Below, one piece after another: positions 55,120 to 63,378 of a DNA stretch of 64,000 nucleotides. The translations under genes and the position numbers were made by a program. The stretch comes from Acidobacteriota bacterium (GTDB taxonomy: Bacteria > Acidobacteriota > Vicinamibacteria > Vicinamibacterales > UBA2999). The DNA lies in contig CANKJK010000006.1 of NCBI GenBank assembly GCA_947482665.1, positions 144,651 through 208,650 of the forward strand. Reading direction: 5' to 3'. The notes below the pieces were generated by a model. It did not search any database, was not told the DNA's origin, and saw only the letters and a list, made by a program, of their open reading frames with translations. Every line of letters begins with the position of its first letter. Position 1 is the first letter of the stretch.

Positions 55120-56429
55120 GCCAGCACGCCCGGGGCCAACAGCGCCCGCGCGATCGCGTCAGCCAGCAGGTCGTTCCCCAGCCTGGTGTAGTGGCAGCAG
55201 TTGTCCAGATACACCTGCGCAGGGGTGCCATCAAAGATGCCGGTGGCGTCGAGGAAGCGGACACCGTGCGTCCGAAGGAGGCGCTGCGCCGCCTCACCTT
55301 TCAGCTGCGGATAGCCGTGCTCGGCACCCGGCTTGAAGGGTGACGCATCGATGAAGGCCACCTTCCGCTCCGCCTCGGAGAAGGCGCGCGTGGAGGCGTA
55401 TTGATTCGGCTGCAGCACGTGGAGATAGGCCACGCCGCGGGCGGCGAGCAGCGTCTGCATCTCGCCAGAGGCCTCGGCCCATTGCCGGGCAATCTCGGCG
55501 AAGAAGGCCTCTCCCGTCCGGTTCGCCGTCTTCGGCGTGACACGGATGAGGGAGGCGTTGACCGACTGTGACGGCAGCTGGCTGAACCGGAGCACGGCCG
55601 CACGGTACCGTTTCTCGACGAGGGCGTAGATCCGGTCCGCGATGAGGTGCGTCGCCGCAAACCGTGCGCCGTTGGAGCGGCGCGCCCAGCGGGCGAGCGC
55701 GCGCCGGCCGGTGCTGATCTCCCCGAGTGTCTCGGCCTTCTCGGGTGTGAGCGTGCCCTGATTGATCAGGTTCACCATCGGGTCCAGGTGCAGCACGCTC
55801 GGCATGCTGGAGTCGAAGCCGCGCTGGTCGTTCATCGCACCCAGCGCGACCTCATTGAAGCCGTCGATGGTGACGACCAGGTCGAAGGGCTGCCCCATCG
55901 AGAGGAAGTAGGCGAGCACGAGCAGCTGCTGCGGCTGCTTGTAGCCCTCGTGGGCGAGGCAGACGGGCACCAGCTCGCGGCCGGCGAGCGCGGGCTGACG
56001 GTGGAGCTGGGTGAGCAGCCGATCAGCTCCGAGCTGGCAGAACCAGAGACCGACGGACCCACCGAAGATCCCGACGAAATACTGCCGGTCGCTGGTGCGC
56101 GGGATCGGATAGTCCGTCGTCGAGACAAACCCGAAGTTATTGGTCCGCGCGGCCACCGCCGGTCGGTGGGCCGGTGTCGCGCCCTGCAGCTCGGGCGGCA
56201 TCTCAAAGGGCAGCCCGGGCTGATGGGTGGGGCCGAAGTAGGGATGCAGGGCGTCCCCCGTCAGTCCCGCCTGCACCGAGTCCGACCCGACAGGCCGGGA
56301 GACGCGATGTGGATTGAGGTAGAAGAGCCACCCTGTCTCCGCGTAATGCAGCACCAGTGCGGCCGCTTCGGCGAAGACCAGCAACGCCACGAGGCTGACG
56401 GCCAGGCGCACCAGGACGCGACGGGACAT
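55110..56429 (-). CDS. membrane-anchored hypothetical protein, possibly SGNH/GDSL-like hydrolase or acyltransferase
   Basis: N-terminal TM. Block-I-like FVGIFGGSVG and a C-terminal D..H-like motif (YLDNCCHYTRLGNDLLADAI). Support for the functional call is weak. Confidence 0.35.
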   Translation of the reverse strand: MSRRVLVRLAVSLVALLVFAEAAALVLHYAETGWLFYLNPHRVSRPVGSDSVQAGLTGDALHPYFGPTHQPGLPFEMPPELQGATPAHRPAVAARTNNFGFVSTTDYPIPRTSDRQYFVGIFGGSVGLWFCQLGADRLLTQLHRQPALAGRELVPVCLAHEGYKQPQQLLVLAYFLSMGQPFDLVVTIDGFNEVALGAMNDQRGFDSSMPSVLHLDPMVNLINQGTLTPEKAETLGEISTGRRALARWARRSNGARFAATHLIADRIYALVEKRYRAAVLRFSQLPSQSVNASLIRVTPKTANRTGEAFFAEIARQWAEASGEMQTLLAARGVAYLHVLQPNQYASTRAFSEAERKVAFIDASPFKPGAEHGYPQLKGEAAQRLLRTHGVRFLDATGIFDGTPAQVYLDNCCHYTRLGNDLLADAIARALLAPGVLAQR

Positions 56430-56645
56430 TGGCCACCGAGATTACCCCACCCAGGCAAAACACGCCCTGGTCCGGGCTATACTTTAGGTAGTCAGGAAGC
56501 AGCCCAGCCGCCTTACCCGCACAGTGTCGATTCGAGAGTTGGTTCTTTCGATCTCTTCTGCGCCCGTGAAGCCCGAGCATCCAGCTCAGGCGAGCCGTTT
56601 CCGTCCAGTGGCATCCGCAGGATGCGAAAGTGAGCCAGTCTCTCC

Positions 56646-56993
56646 ATGGGTAGCAAGCTCTACGTCGGCAATATCCCGTACGACACGAATGAAGCCGACC
56701 TCGAGGCGCTCTTTGCTGACGCGGGCGCGGTGGACTCCGTGACGGTTGTACGTGACCGCGATACTGGCCGTGCGCGCGGCTTCGCGTTTGTGACGATGGT
56801 GAGCGACGATGACGCCCAGAAGGCGATCTCGACGCTTCACGAGAAGCCCTTTGGTGGCCGCACGCTGACCGTCAATGAGGCCCGCCCGATGCAGCCCCGC
56901 GCGGGCGGCGGTGGTGGTGGTTTCGGTCGCGGTGGCGGCGGCGGCAATGACCGCGGCGGCGGCGGTGGCCGTCGGTCGGAACCCCGCTGGTAG
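56646..56993 (+). CDS. RRM-type RNA-binding protein with Gly-rich tail
   Basis: RNP2 KLYVGNI, RNP1 RGFAFVTM, and a C-terminal GGGGGFGRGGGGGNDRGGGGG tail. Confidence 0.9.
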   Translation: MGSKLYVGNIPYDTNEADLEALFADAGAVDSVTVVRDRDTGRARGFAFVTMVSDDDAQKAISTLHEKPFGGRTLTVNEARPMQPRAGGGGGGFGRGGGGGNDRGGGGGRRSEPRW

Positions 56994-57034
56994 GCTCACT
57001 CGGCAGAACCTTCTCTATCGATTCGAGGCGTTGC

Positions 57035-57262
57035 ATGGCGACCTTCACACCCGGTGACCGCGTGGTCCAGGCTTCCTATGGGCCCGGCACCATCACGGCG
57101 ACCAACGAACGGCACACCGTCATCGACTTCGACGACCACGGCATCAGGATGTTTTCCACGTCGGTCGTCCGGTTGGAAATGTCCGATGTGCCCGCGCCGG
57201 GCCGTCCGGTCAAACGCAAGACCACCCGCAAGCCCAAGGCGAAGGCGGTCGTTACCGAATAG
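57035..57262 (+). CDS. small hypothetical protein (75 aa) with a basic tail
   Basis: FTPGDRVVQASYGPGTITA...VIDFDDHG suggests an SH3/Tudor-like small domain, followed by KRKTTRKPKAK. It ends 1 nt before the porin start. Confidence 0.45.
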   Translation: MATFTPGDRVVQASYGPGTITATNERHTVIDFDDHGIRMFSTSVVRLEMSDVPAPGRPVKRKTTRKPKAKAVVTE

Positions 57263-57263
57263 C

Positions 57264-58496
57264 ATGGGTCGCGCATCCGTGCGCGCCGCCATCCTGACAC
57301 TGGCCGCCGTGACATCCGTCGCGGCGGCCGCTTTTGCGCAGACCGCGCCCTCCGGCGCCGGCGCCTACTCCCCCTCGCTGCACTGGCACGACGGCCTCAG
57401 GTTCGACTCGGCCGGCGGACGCCTCCAGTTGCAGACTGTCTCGCTCGTCCAGCTCGACACCCACACCTTCGGAACCCCGCGCCCGTCTGGCACAGACACG
57501 GTGCTGCTGCGCCGGTTGCGCACCACCATCTCCGGCAGGTTCGGATCGCGGGTCGAGTTCCGATTTCTCCCTGAGTTCGCGCAGGCACGCCGCGTCTATG
57601 ACGCCTACCTCGATGTGCGCCTCACACGCGCGCTGCACCTGCGAGTCGGCAAGGACCGCACGCCGTTCGGCTACGAGATGAGCCTCGGCGCACCGTACCT
57701 CGCCTTTCCTGAGCGAAGCCTCGTGACCGGCCTGGCGCCCAATCGGGACGTCGGCGTCCTGGTCATGGGCGAGGCGGGCCGGGTCTCCTACGCCGCGGGC
57801 CTCTTCAATGAGTCTCCCGACGGGACGAACGGCCCCGTGAGCCTTCACACCGGCGGCCATGGCGATTGGGCCGGACGAGTCGTCGTCCGCCCGTTTGGCG
57901 CCCGCACGCGCGGGCTCGGCGGCCTGAAGGTGCAGCTCGCCGGCACGCATGGCACACCGGACGCCGCGCCGCCGGTCTATCGCACGGCCGGACGCGCCAC
58001 CTACTTCCGGTATGCCTCGGACGTCACACACGCAGGCTGGCGCGGCAGACTCACACCGGCCGCCTCGTGGTTTCAGGGTCGCGTCGGCGCCTATGCGGAA
58101 GCCGTGCGGTCCTCCACCGGCCTTCAGCAGGATGGGCGTACCGCACGCACCGCAGGACGCGCGTGGGAGGCGACGGGCCTCTGGGTCGTCACCGGGGAAA
58201 CAGCCAGTGAACGCGATGTGACGCCGCGCCATCCGGTTGGTGCGGGAGGCTGGGGCGCGCTGCAAGTGCAGGCGAGGCACGCCGAGATCTCACTGGGTGA
58301 GGCGACCACGCTCGGCCCCCTCATGGCGCCCGGTTCCAGCCGGAGAGCCCGCGCCACGTCGCTCGGCGTGCTGTGGCTCCCAACGCACCTCGTGCGCGTG
58401 GACGTGGCCTGGGATCACACCGCCTTCGAACCGGGGCCTGACGCCGCACGACCCACGGAGCAGGCGTTCACCGTTCGCTACCACGTGACGTTCTAG
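57264..58496 (+). CDS. phosphate-selective porin O/P family porin
   Basis: ATG 57264. Signal peptide ..AAAAFAQ. Motif LLRRLRTTISGRFGSRVEFRFLPEFA...VGKDRTPFGYE, ending ..FTVRYHVTF. Confidence 0.65.
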   Translation: MGRASVRAAILTLAAVTSVAAAAFAQTAPSGAGAYSPSLHWHDGLRFDSAGGRLQLQTVSLVQLDTHTFGTPRPSGTDTVLLRRLRTTISGRFGSRVEFRFLPEFAQARRVYDAYLDVRLTRALHLRVGKDRTPFGYEMSLGAPYLAFPERSLVTGLAPNRDVGVLVMGEAGRVSYAAGLFNESPDGTNGPVSLHTGGHGDWAGRVVVRPFGARTRGLGGLKVQLAGTHGTPDAAPPVYRTAGRATYFRYASDVTHAGWRGRLTPAASWFQGRVGAYAEAVRSSTGLQQDGRTARTAGRAWEATGLWVVTGETASERDVTPRHPVGAGGWGALQVQARHAEISLGEATTLGPLMAPGSSRRARATSLGVLWLPTHLVRVDVAWDHTAFEPGPDAARPTEQAFTVRYHVTF

Positions 58497-59377
58497 TCCC
58501 CGAGGATGCGTCCCTCGGTTACAAACCGACGGTAGTTCGAGAACACCTGGCGGATGCGCATGCGCGGGATGCCGGCATCGCGAAACACCGTCAGCGTCTC
58601 GACCTCCGCCGGCAGCAACACCGTCTCGTCCGGATCATGAAACCGCACCGGGCGATAGCGGATCGATGAATCGGACCGCTCCAGCGTCATCGATGGCGCT
58701 CCGCCCTTGCGCTGCTGCGCGGCCGGCACCGGGATGTCGTACATCCCGATCAGGTGCTCGTCGACGCGCAGCACCTCGCCCGACTCGGGGTCGGCCCAGA
58801 CACGGCCCACGGACCGGCCCGGCAGCTCGATGCTGACGCAGTCGTCGTGCCACGTGATCTGCACGGCGCCCTTTGTGAGCGGCCGGTAGTCAATCATCAG
58901 CGCCGCGCGGCCGCCGACGCGCCCGGGCTTGAAGGGCGTGAAGGCGTAGTCGCGCTGCTGGCCGGGCAGAAACATCGCAAGCGGCTCCGGGGACACGCCG
59001 CGCGGATCCGAGCACCCGGGTTCGTCCTTCGGACGGGGCGGGCGGCCGTTCACCTTCACGAGCGTCCGGTGCACCTCGGCCTCACCAGACTGGCCGTCCG
59101 CCGAGGGCGTCCACTCGACACGCAGGTCGTATTCGAGGCGCCGCGGAAACTCGGCCGACGACAGGTCCGCGCGCAAGGGCTGGAGTGTCACCGTCTCGAC
59201 GGCGACGAGACGCTGGGCGGTGGCGTAGTAGCGCCCGACATAGGCCCCGATCCTGGTCAGCACACCGTCCACGCTGACCGGCGCGCCGGCACCCGGATGC
59301 GCGAGGCCGGGCCCTGCGAGCACCCAGGCCGCACAGACAATCACCCCTGAAAATAGCGCCGCGGGCCTGAATGACAT
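58493..59377 (-). CDS. hypothetical secreted protein
   Basis: ATG 59377 and a hydrophobic signal (ALFSGVIVCAAWVLAGPGLA). I recognise no motif. Confidence 0.5.
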   Translation of the reverse strand: MSFRPAALFSGVIVCAAWVLAGPGLAHPGAGAPVSVDGVLTRIGAYVGRYYATAQRLVAVETVTLQPLRADLSSAEFPRRLEYDLRVEWTPSADGQSGEAEVHRTLVKVNGRPPRPKDEPGCSDPRGVSPEPLAMFLPGQQRDYAFTPFKPGRVGGRAALMIDYRPLTKGAVQITWHDDCVSIELPGRSVGRVWADPESGEVLRVDEHLIGMYDIPVPAAQQRKGGAPSMTLERSDSSIRYRPVRFHDPDETVLLPAEVETLTVFRDAGIPRMRIRQVFSNYRRFVTEGRILGD

Positions 59378-59496
59378 TCGCGTAAACTGTGCCCCAATCC
59401 GTGGGGTTGTCAGTCTAATGCCACGGAGTTCATCGCCGACGGCGCACATCTGGCTCTGCCACGTGCCGGCGACCCACTCGCTCGAAAGGAGCTGAC

Positions 59497-59985
59497 ATGG
59501 CCCGGATGCGTGCGCTCGTCGTGGTCTTCCTCGTGGCCCTGTTGGGCACCGCGCTTCCCGCCCAGGCTCAGCAGGCCGAGGATGCCGACATCAGCGGCGT
59601 CTACCGGTGCGACGGCGTGAATCCGCAGGGGAAGCCCTATCGCGGCATGGTCGAGATCGTGAAGATGAACGATGCGTTCCAGTTGCGCTGGACCTTCCCG
59701 CAGAGCGACGACGCCGCGCTGGGCATCGGCATCGTCAGCCACGGCGTACTGGCGGTGAGCTACTACGGCGGCGACACGGCGGGTGTGGTCGTCTACAAGA
59801 TCAACGCGAACAAACCCATGGTCGGCACGTGGACGGTGGTGGGTTCCGAGGGTGGCGTGTTCCAGGAGACGCTGACCCGCCTGCCCGGCCACGGGGGGCC
59901 GAGCGACAGCGGTCAGCCGCCGTCCGAGCGGGCACCTCGGCGGCCGTCGACGCTGGGTGACCCCTCCACCGTCATCCAAGGTTGA
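59497..59985 (+). CDS. hypothetical secreted protein
   Basis: AAGGAG ribosome-binding site and signal peptide ..ALPAQAQ. A beta-rich core is followed by a Pro/Ser-rich tail. Confidence 0.55.
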   Translation: MARMRALVVVFLVALLGTALPAQAQQAEDADISGVYRCDGVNPQGKPYRGMVEIVKMNDAFQLRWTFPQSDDAALGIGIVSHGVLAVSYYGGDTAGVVVYKINANKPMVGTWTVVGSEGGVFQETLTRLPGHGGPSDSGQPPSERAPRRPSTLGDPSTVIQG

Positions 59986-60737
59986 CACGCACGCTCGTCG
60001 CGTTCGCGGCTGCCTTCGCGGCCGGCGCGATCAACTCCGTGGCAGGTGGGGGCACGCTCCTCACCTTCCCCACGCTCGTCTGGCTGGGCCTGCCCTCTAT
60101 CGTGGCCAATGCCACGAGTACCGTCTCCATCTGGCCAGGCTCCTTCGGCGCGATGTGGGGCTTCCGCCGTGAACTGCGCCAGGCGGATGCGCCGATCCTG
60201 GCGTTTGTGATCCCCAGCCTCGCCGGCGGCCTCCTGGGCGCGATGCTGCTGCGGCGGACACCTACACCGGTCTTTGACCACCTCGTCCCGTTCCTGATCC
60301 TCTTCGCCACGCTGCTCTTCATGGCGCAGGATCCGCTGCAGCGCCTCATCGGCCACAGCCCCGACCGGCATCGCGATACCCGCTGGCTCATCGGCGCGAT
60401 GGTCTTTCAGTTTGCCATCGGCCTTTACGGGGGCTACTTCGGCGCGGGCATCGGCATCCTGATGCTGGCCGGCCTCGGCATCCTCGGCATGCGCGACATC
60501 CACCAGATGAACGGCGTGAAGAACCTGCTCGCGCTCTCCATCAACGGCATCGCCGCGTGCTACTTCATGTCCACCGGCATGGTCCGCTGGACCGAAGTGG
60601 CCGTGATGGCGACGGGCGCCATCGCTGGGGGCATCGGCGGCGCGGGCCTCGCGCGCCGCGTGGGGCGGAAGACCGTGCGAGCGACGGTCATCGCCATTGG
60701 CCTTGGCATGGCCCTCTCGCTGGCGCTGCGCCAGTAG
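59982..60737 (+). CDS. TauE/SafE (TSUP) family anion exporter
   Basis: Seven to eight TMs with AGAINSVAGGGTLLTFP and a repeated half (GGYFGAGIGILML). The TTG start overlaps the upstream TGA. Confidence 0.8.
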   Translation: MTRTLVAFAAAFAAGAINSVAGGGTLLTFPTLVWLGLPSIVANATSTVSIWPGSFGAMWGFRRELRQADAPILAFVIPSLAGGLLGAMLLRRTPTPVFDHLVPFLILFATLLFMAQDPLQRLIGHSPDRHRDTRWLIGAMVFQFAIGLYGGYFGAGIGILMLAGLGILGMRDIHQMNGVKNLLALSINGIAACYFMSTGMVRWTEVAVMATGAIAGGIGGAGLARRVGRKTVRATVIAIGLGMALSLALRQ

Positions 60738-60765
60738 AATGGTGAGGGCCCCTCCCTCATAACCC

Positions 60766-62019
60766 ATGCTTCACGATCAACTCAAAGACGCCACCGCAGA
60801 CCAGCACGCGCGGCTTGATGCCCTGCCGTTCTTTCAAGCGCTGCAGGCAGGCACGCTGCCCGCGCCGGCGATTGTCACCCTGCTGCGCGGCCTGGCGATC
60901 GTGCATGCGGTCCTCGAGCGGGCCGTCACCCAGAGCGCTGATGCCCGGCTCGCCGCAGTGGCTTCAGCCACATCCCCGAAGTTGCCACTGATCGTCGCGG
61001 ACCTGGAGCGCCTCGATGTCGCACAGACACCGAGCATCACACCGGCCATTCACGCGGCCCTCGACTGCGGGGCCGCGATCCTCAGGCGTGCCGAGAATCC
61101 CCTGAGCCTGCTCGGCACGCTGTATGTGCTGGAGGGTTCGCAACGCGGCGGTGACGTCCTTCGAAAGGCCTACGCACAGTGTCTCGCCGTGCCGGCCGAC
61201 CAGCTCTCGTACTGGGGTTGCTACCGGCAGGACACTCAGGCGCGCTGGGCGCAGTTCACCCTCAGCCTGAATGCCCTGACCTGCGACGAAGGCGACGTCG
61301 CTGCGGTGACGGACGCCGCCGTCCGCGCCTTCGAATGGTTCACGCGTATTTGTTCCGCGCTCTATCCGTACACCGAGCAGCAACTGAAGCAGCACGTCAC
61401 GGCGGTCAATTTCGAAGCCGGCGACCACGCGATGCCCCAGGCCCCAGGAGAGATGGAGCTGGCCTTGCGCGCCGGCCGGGACGCCTGGGATCGGAATCCC
61501 TACCTGGAGATGCGCTTCGGCGACCGCGGGCGGCGATTCACCAGCAGTGACAGCTGCTGGCTGGTCACCCTGATCCATCTGCCAGAGACGCAGGGGGTTC
61601 GCAGTCTGGAATGGCTGCGGTCGGTACTTGCCAGCCGGGGCATTTCGACGGTCATCCTTGGAATCTATCTCCAGTGCATCCTGCGCCTCTGGATGGACGA
61701 GGGCTTTGGCGCGACAGCCTCGGGGCCCGGCTTGGCCAGGTTTCTCGCTGATCGGGAGGCAGAGCGGGCATCGCTCGGCTATGCGGTGCCGGTCGTCGAG
61801 CGGTATGAGCGGAGGCTGGCACGGTGCTCGGGACTCACCGTTCCATCGGCGGCGACACTCATCGCGTCCGCCTGGGTTGATGAGCGCGCCGGGATCGTCG
61901 GCGCCCTCTCGTCAACCCTCGACTGGTTCACGGACCAGAACCGTTTCACACCGGAATGGACGGACATCGTCCACAAACTGCTGGCGGAACTGGACACACT
62001 GACGGGGGCCGTATGCTGA
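60766..62019 (+). CDS. haem oxygenase (BphO/HO-1 fold) fused to an uncharacterised C-terminal domain of about 200 aa
   Basis: The N-terminal LKDATADQHARLD contains the proximal-His context. LYVLEGSQRGGDVLRKA matches the HO distal-helix Gly motif. Residues from about 210 to 417 match no motif I recognise. Confidence 0.65.
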   Translation: MLHDQLKDATADQHARLDALPFFQALQAGTLPAPAIVTLLRGLAIVHAVLERAVTQSADARLAAVASATSPKLPLIVADLERLDVAQTPSITPAIHAALDCGAAILRRAENPLSLLGTLYVLEGSQRGGDVLRKAYAQCLAVPADQLSYWGCYRQDTQARWAQFTLSLNALTCDEGDVAAVTDAAVRAFEWFTRICSALYPYTEQQLKQHVTAVNFEAGDHAMPQAPGEMELALRAGRDAWDRNPYLEMRFGDRGRRFTSSDSCWLVTLIHLPETQGVRSLEWLRSVLASRGISTVILGIYLQCILRLWMDEGFGATASGPGLARFLADREAERASLGYAVPVVERYERRLARCSGLTVPSAATLIASAWVDERAGIVGALSSTLDWFTDQNRFTPEWTDIVHKLLAELDTLTGAVC

Positions 62020-62798
62020 GGTGGTGCGGATACTGCCAGACGTTTCTGGGCGAGGCGCCGCCCTTCGACAAACTGGTGATCACGCACGGCGTGTGCGAGA
62101 CGTGCGCCGAGCTGGCGCTAGACTTCACGCCTCAGAACATCGAGCACGCACATACCCTGCAGGACATCCTCGCGGAACTGTCCCTGGCCGGCAGCCGCGC
62201 AGATATGCAGGCCGCCAAGGCGGCTATTCGCACCGCGACCGCCGCGCACATGCAGCCGGTCGACATGTTGCTGGGCCTGGTCGCACCGCTGCTCTTCGAG
62301 ATTGGAGAGGAGTGGCGGAAGGGCCGCATCACGGTGGCCACCGAGCATCGGTTCACAGAGTTCTTCGAGCAGGTCTTCGCACTACTGGAGCCCCGCGCCC
62401 TCGCGCTCGTGGGTACCCCCAGTGGCGCAACTGGGCAGCCTGATGCCCTGGTGATGAATGCCTGGGGCAATCGGCACACGCTGGCCGCTCGTGTGCTCTC
62501 GCTCTGGCTCGGGGCCAGGGGCCTTCGGACGCAGCTGCTGGAACCGCCGCCACCGCCGGAGGAAGTCGCCGCCATCATCATTCGCCTCCAGCCACGGATG
62601 GTCTTTGTCTCCGTGGCGCTCTCCGAGCACATAGAGAGCGTGCGAGCGCTCGCCGACATGGTCTCGTCGATACCCGAATCACACCGTCCACGATTCGTCG
62701 TCGGCGGAAGCGCCGTGAAGATGGGCCTGGTCCCGGACACGCCGGGCCTGGAACTGGTGCCGGACATTCACGACTTGAACCTCGAGGCGGCTGTCTAG
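62013..62798 (+). CDS. Zn-ribbon + CarH-like B12-binding module (four-helix bundle with Wx9EH, plus Rossmann B12-binding domain)
   Basis: N-terminal CGYC..x19..CETC. W101-x9-E111-H112 (WRKGRITVATEH; 62313..62348). GNRH155TLAA (62475..62477) aligns with CarH GERHEIGA. No HTH. The start overlaps the HO stop (ATGCTGA). Confidence 0.65.
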   Translation: MLRWCGYCQTFLGEAPPFDKLVITHGVCETCAELALDFTPQNIEHAHTLQDILAELSLAGSRADMQAAKAAIRTATAAHMQPVDMLLGLVAPLLFEIGEEWRKGRITVATEHRFTEFFEQVFALLEPRALALVGTPSGATGQPDALVMNAWGNRHTLAARVLSLWLGARGLRTQLLEPPPPPEEVAAIIIRLQPRMVFVSVALSEHIESVRALADMVSSIPESHRPRFVVGGSAVKMGLVPDTPGLELVPDIHDLNLEAAV

Positions 62799-62831
62799 GC
62801 AGGCGAGCCCAGCCTTCGCAGCCGGCGCGGC

Positions 62832-63371
62832 CTACTTCGCCACGGTGAACGGGAAGACCACTTCGGTCTTCTCCCATCGCATCGTGATGGTGCCGCCGGC
62901 CGGGGTGTCGGTCACGCTCAGGGTGAGCTGCTCGACGGGCGCCGCAAGACTCCCCGGCTTCGCCTTCAGGCTCGTCAGGTCCTTCGATGCCTCACGCTCC
63001 AGGCCAGACATGCCGGTCTCGCTGTTGATGATGAGCGTCCACACACCCTTCTCCGGCTTGGCGAAGAGGGAATACTTCCCCGCCTTCAGCCGGTACGTCC
63101 CGAATACGAGTGGCTTGTCCGTCACCAGCTGGGTCGCCTCGTCGGCACCCATGCGCCACACGTAGCCGAATGGCACCAGCTCGCCCATGATGGCGCGGCC
63201 GCGCATGAGCGGCCGGCCATAGGCGATCGTCAACGTGGCGCCATCGACGGTCGCCGTCGTCGACTCATGCGGGCTCTGGCGTGGCGGGGGCGCCTTCTGC
63301 GCCAACGCCATCGCCGGCATCAGCGTCAGGCCGAGGATGAGGAGCAGGCTCACGCCATTCGACCGGGCCAT
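62832..63371 (-). CDS. DUF2911 family secreted protein
   Basis: Signal peptide, then TIAYGRPLMRGRAIMGELVPFGYVWRMGADEATQL...FGTYRLKAGKYSLF...WTLIIN. Confidence 0.7.
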   Translation of the reverse strand: MARSNGVSLLLILGLTLMPAMALAQKAPPPRQSPHESTTATVDGATLTIAYGRPLMRGRAIMGELVPFGYVWRMGADEATQLVTDKPLVFGTYRLKAGKYSLFAKPEKGVWTLIINSETGMSGLEREASKDLTSLKAKPGSLAAPVEQLTLSVTDTPAGGTITMRWEKTEVVFPFTVAK

Positions 63372-63378
63372 GTGCACC

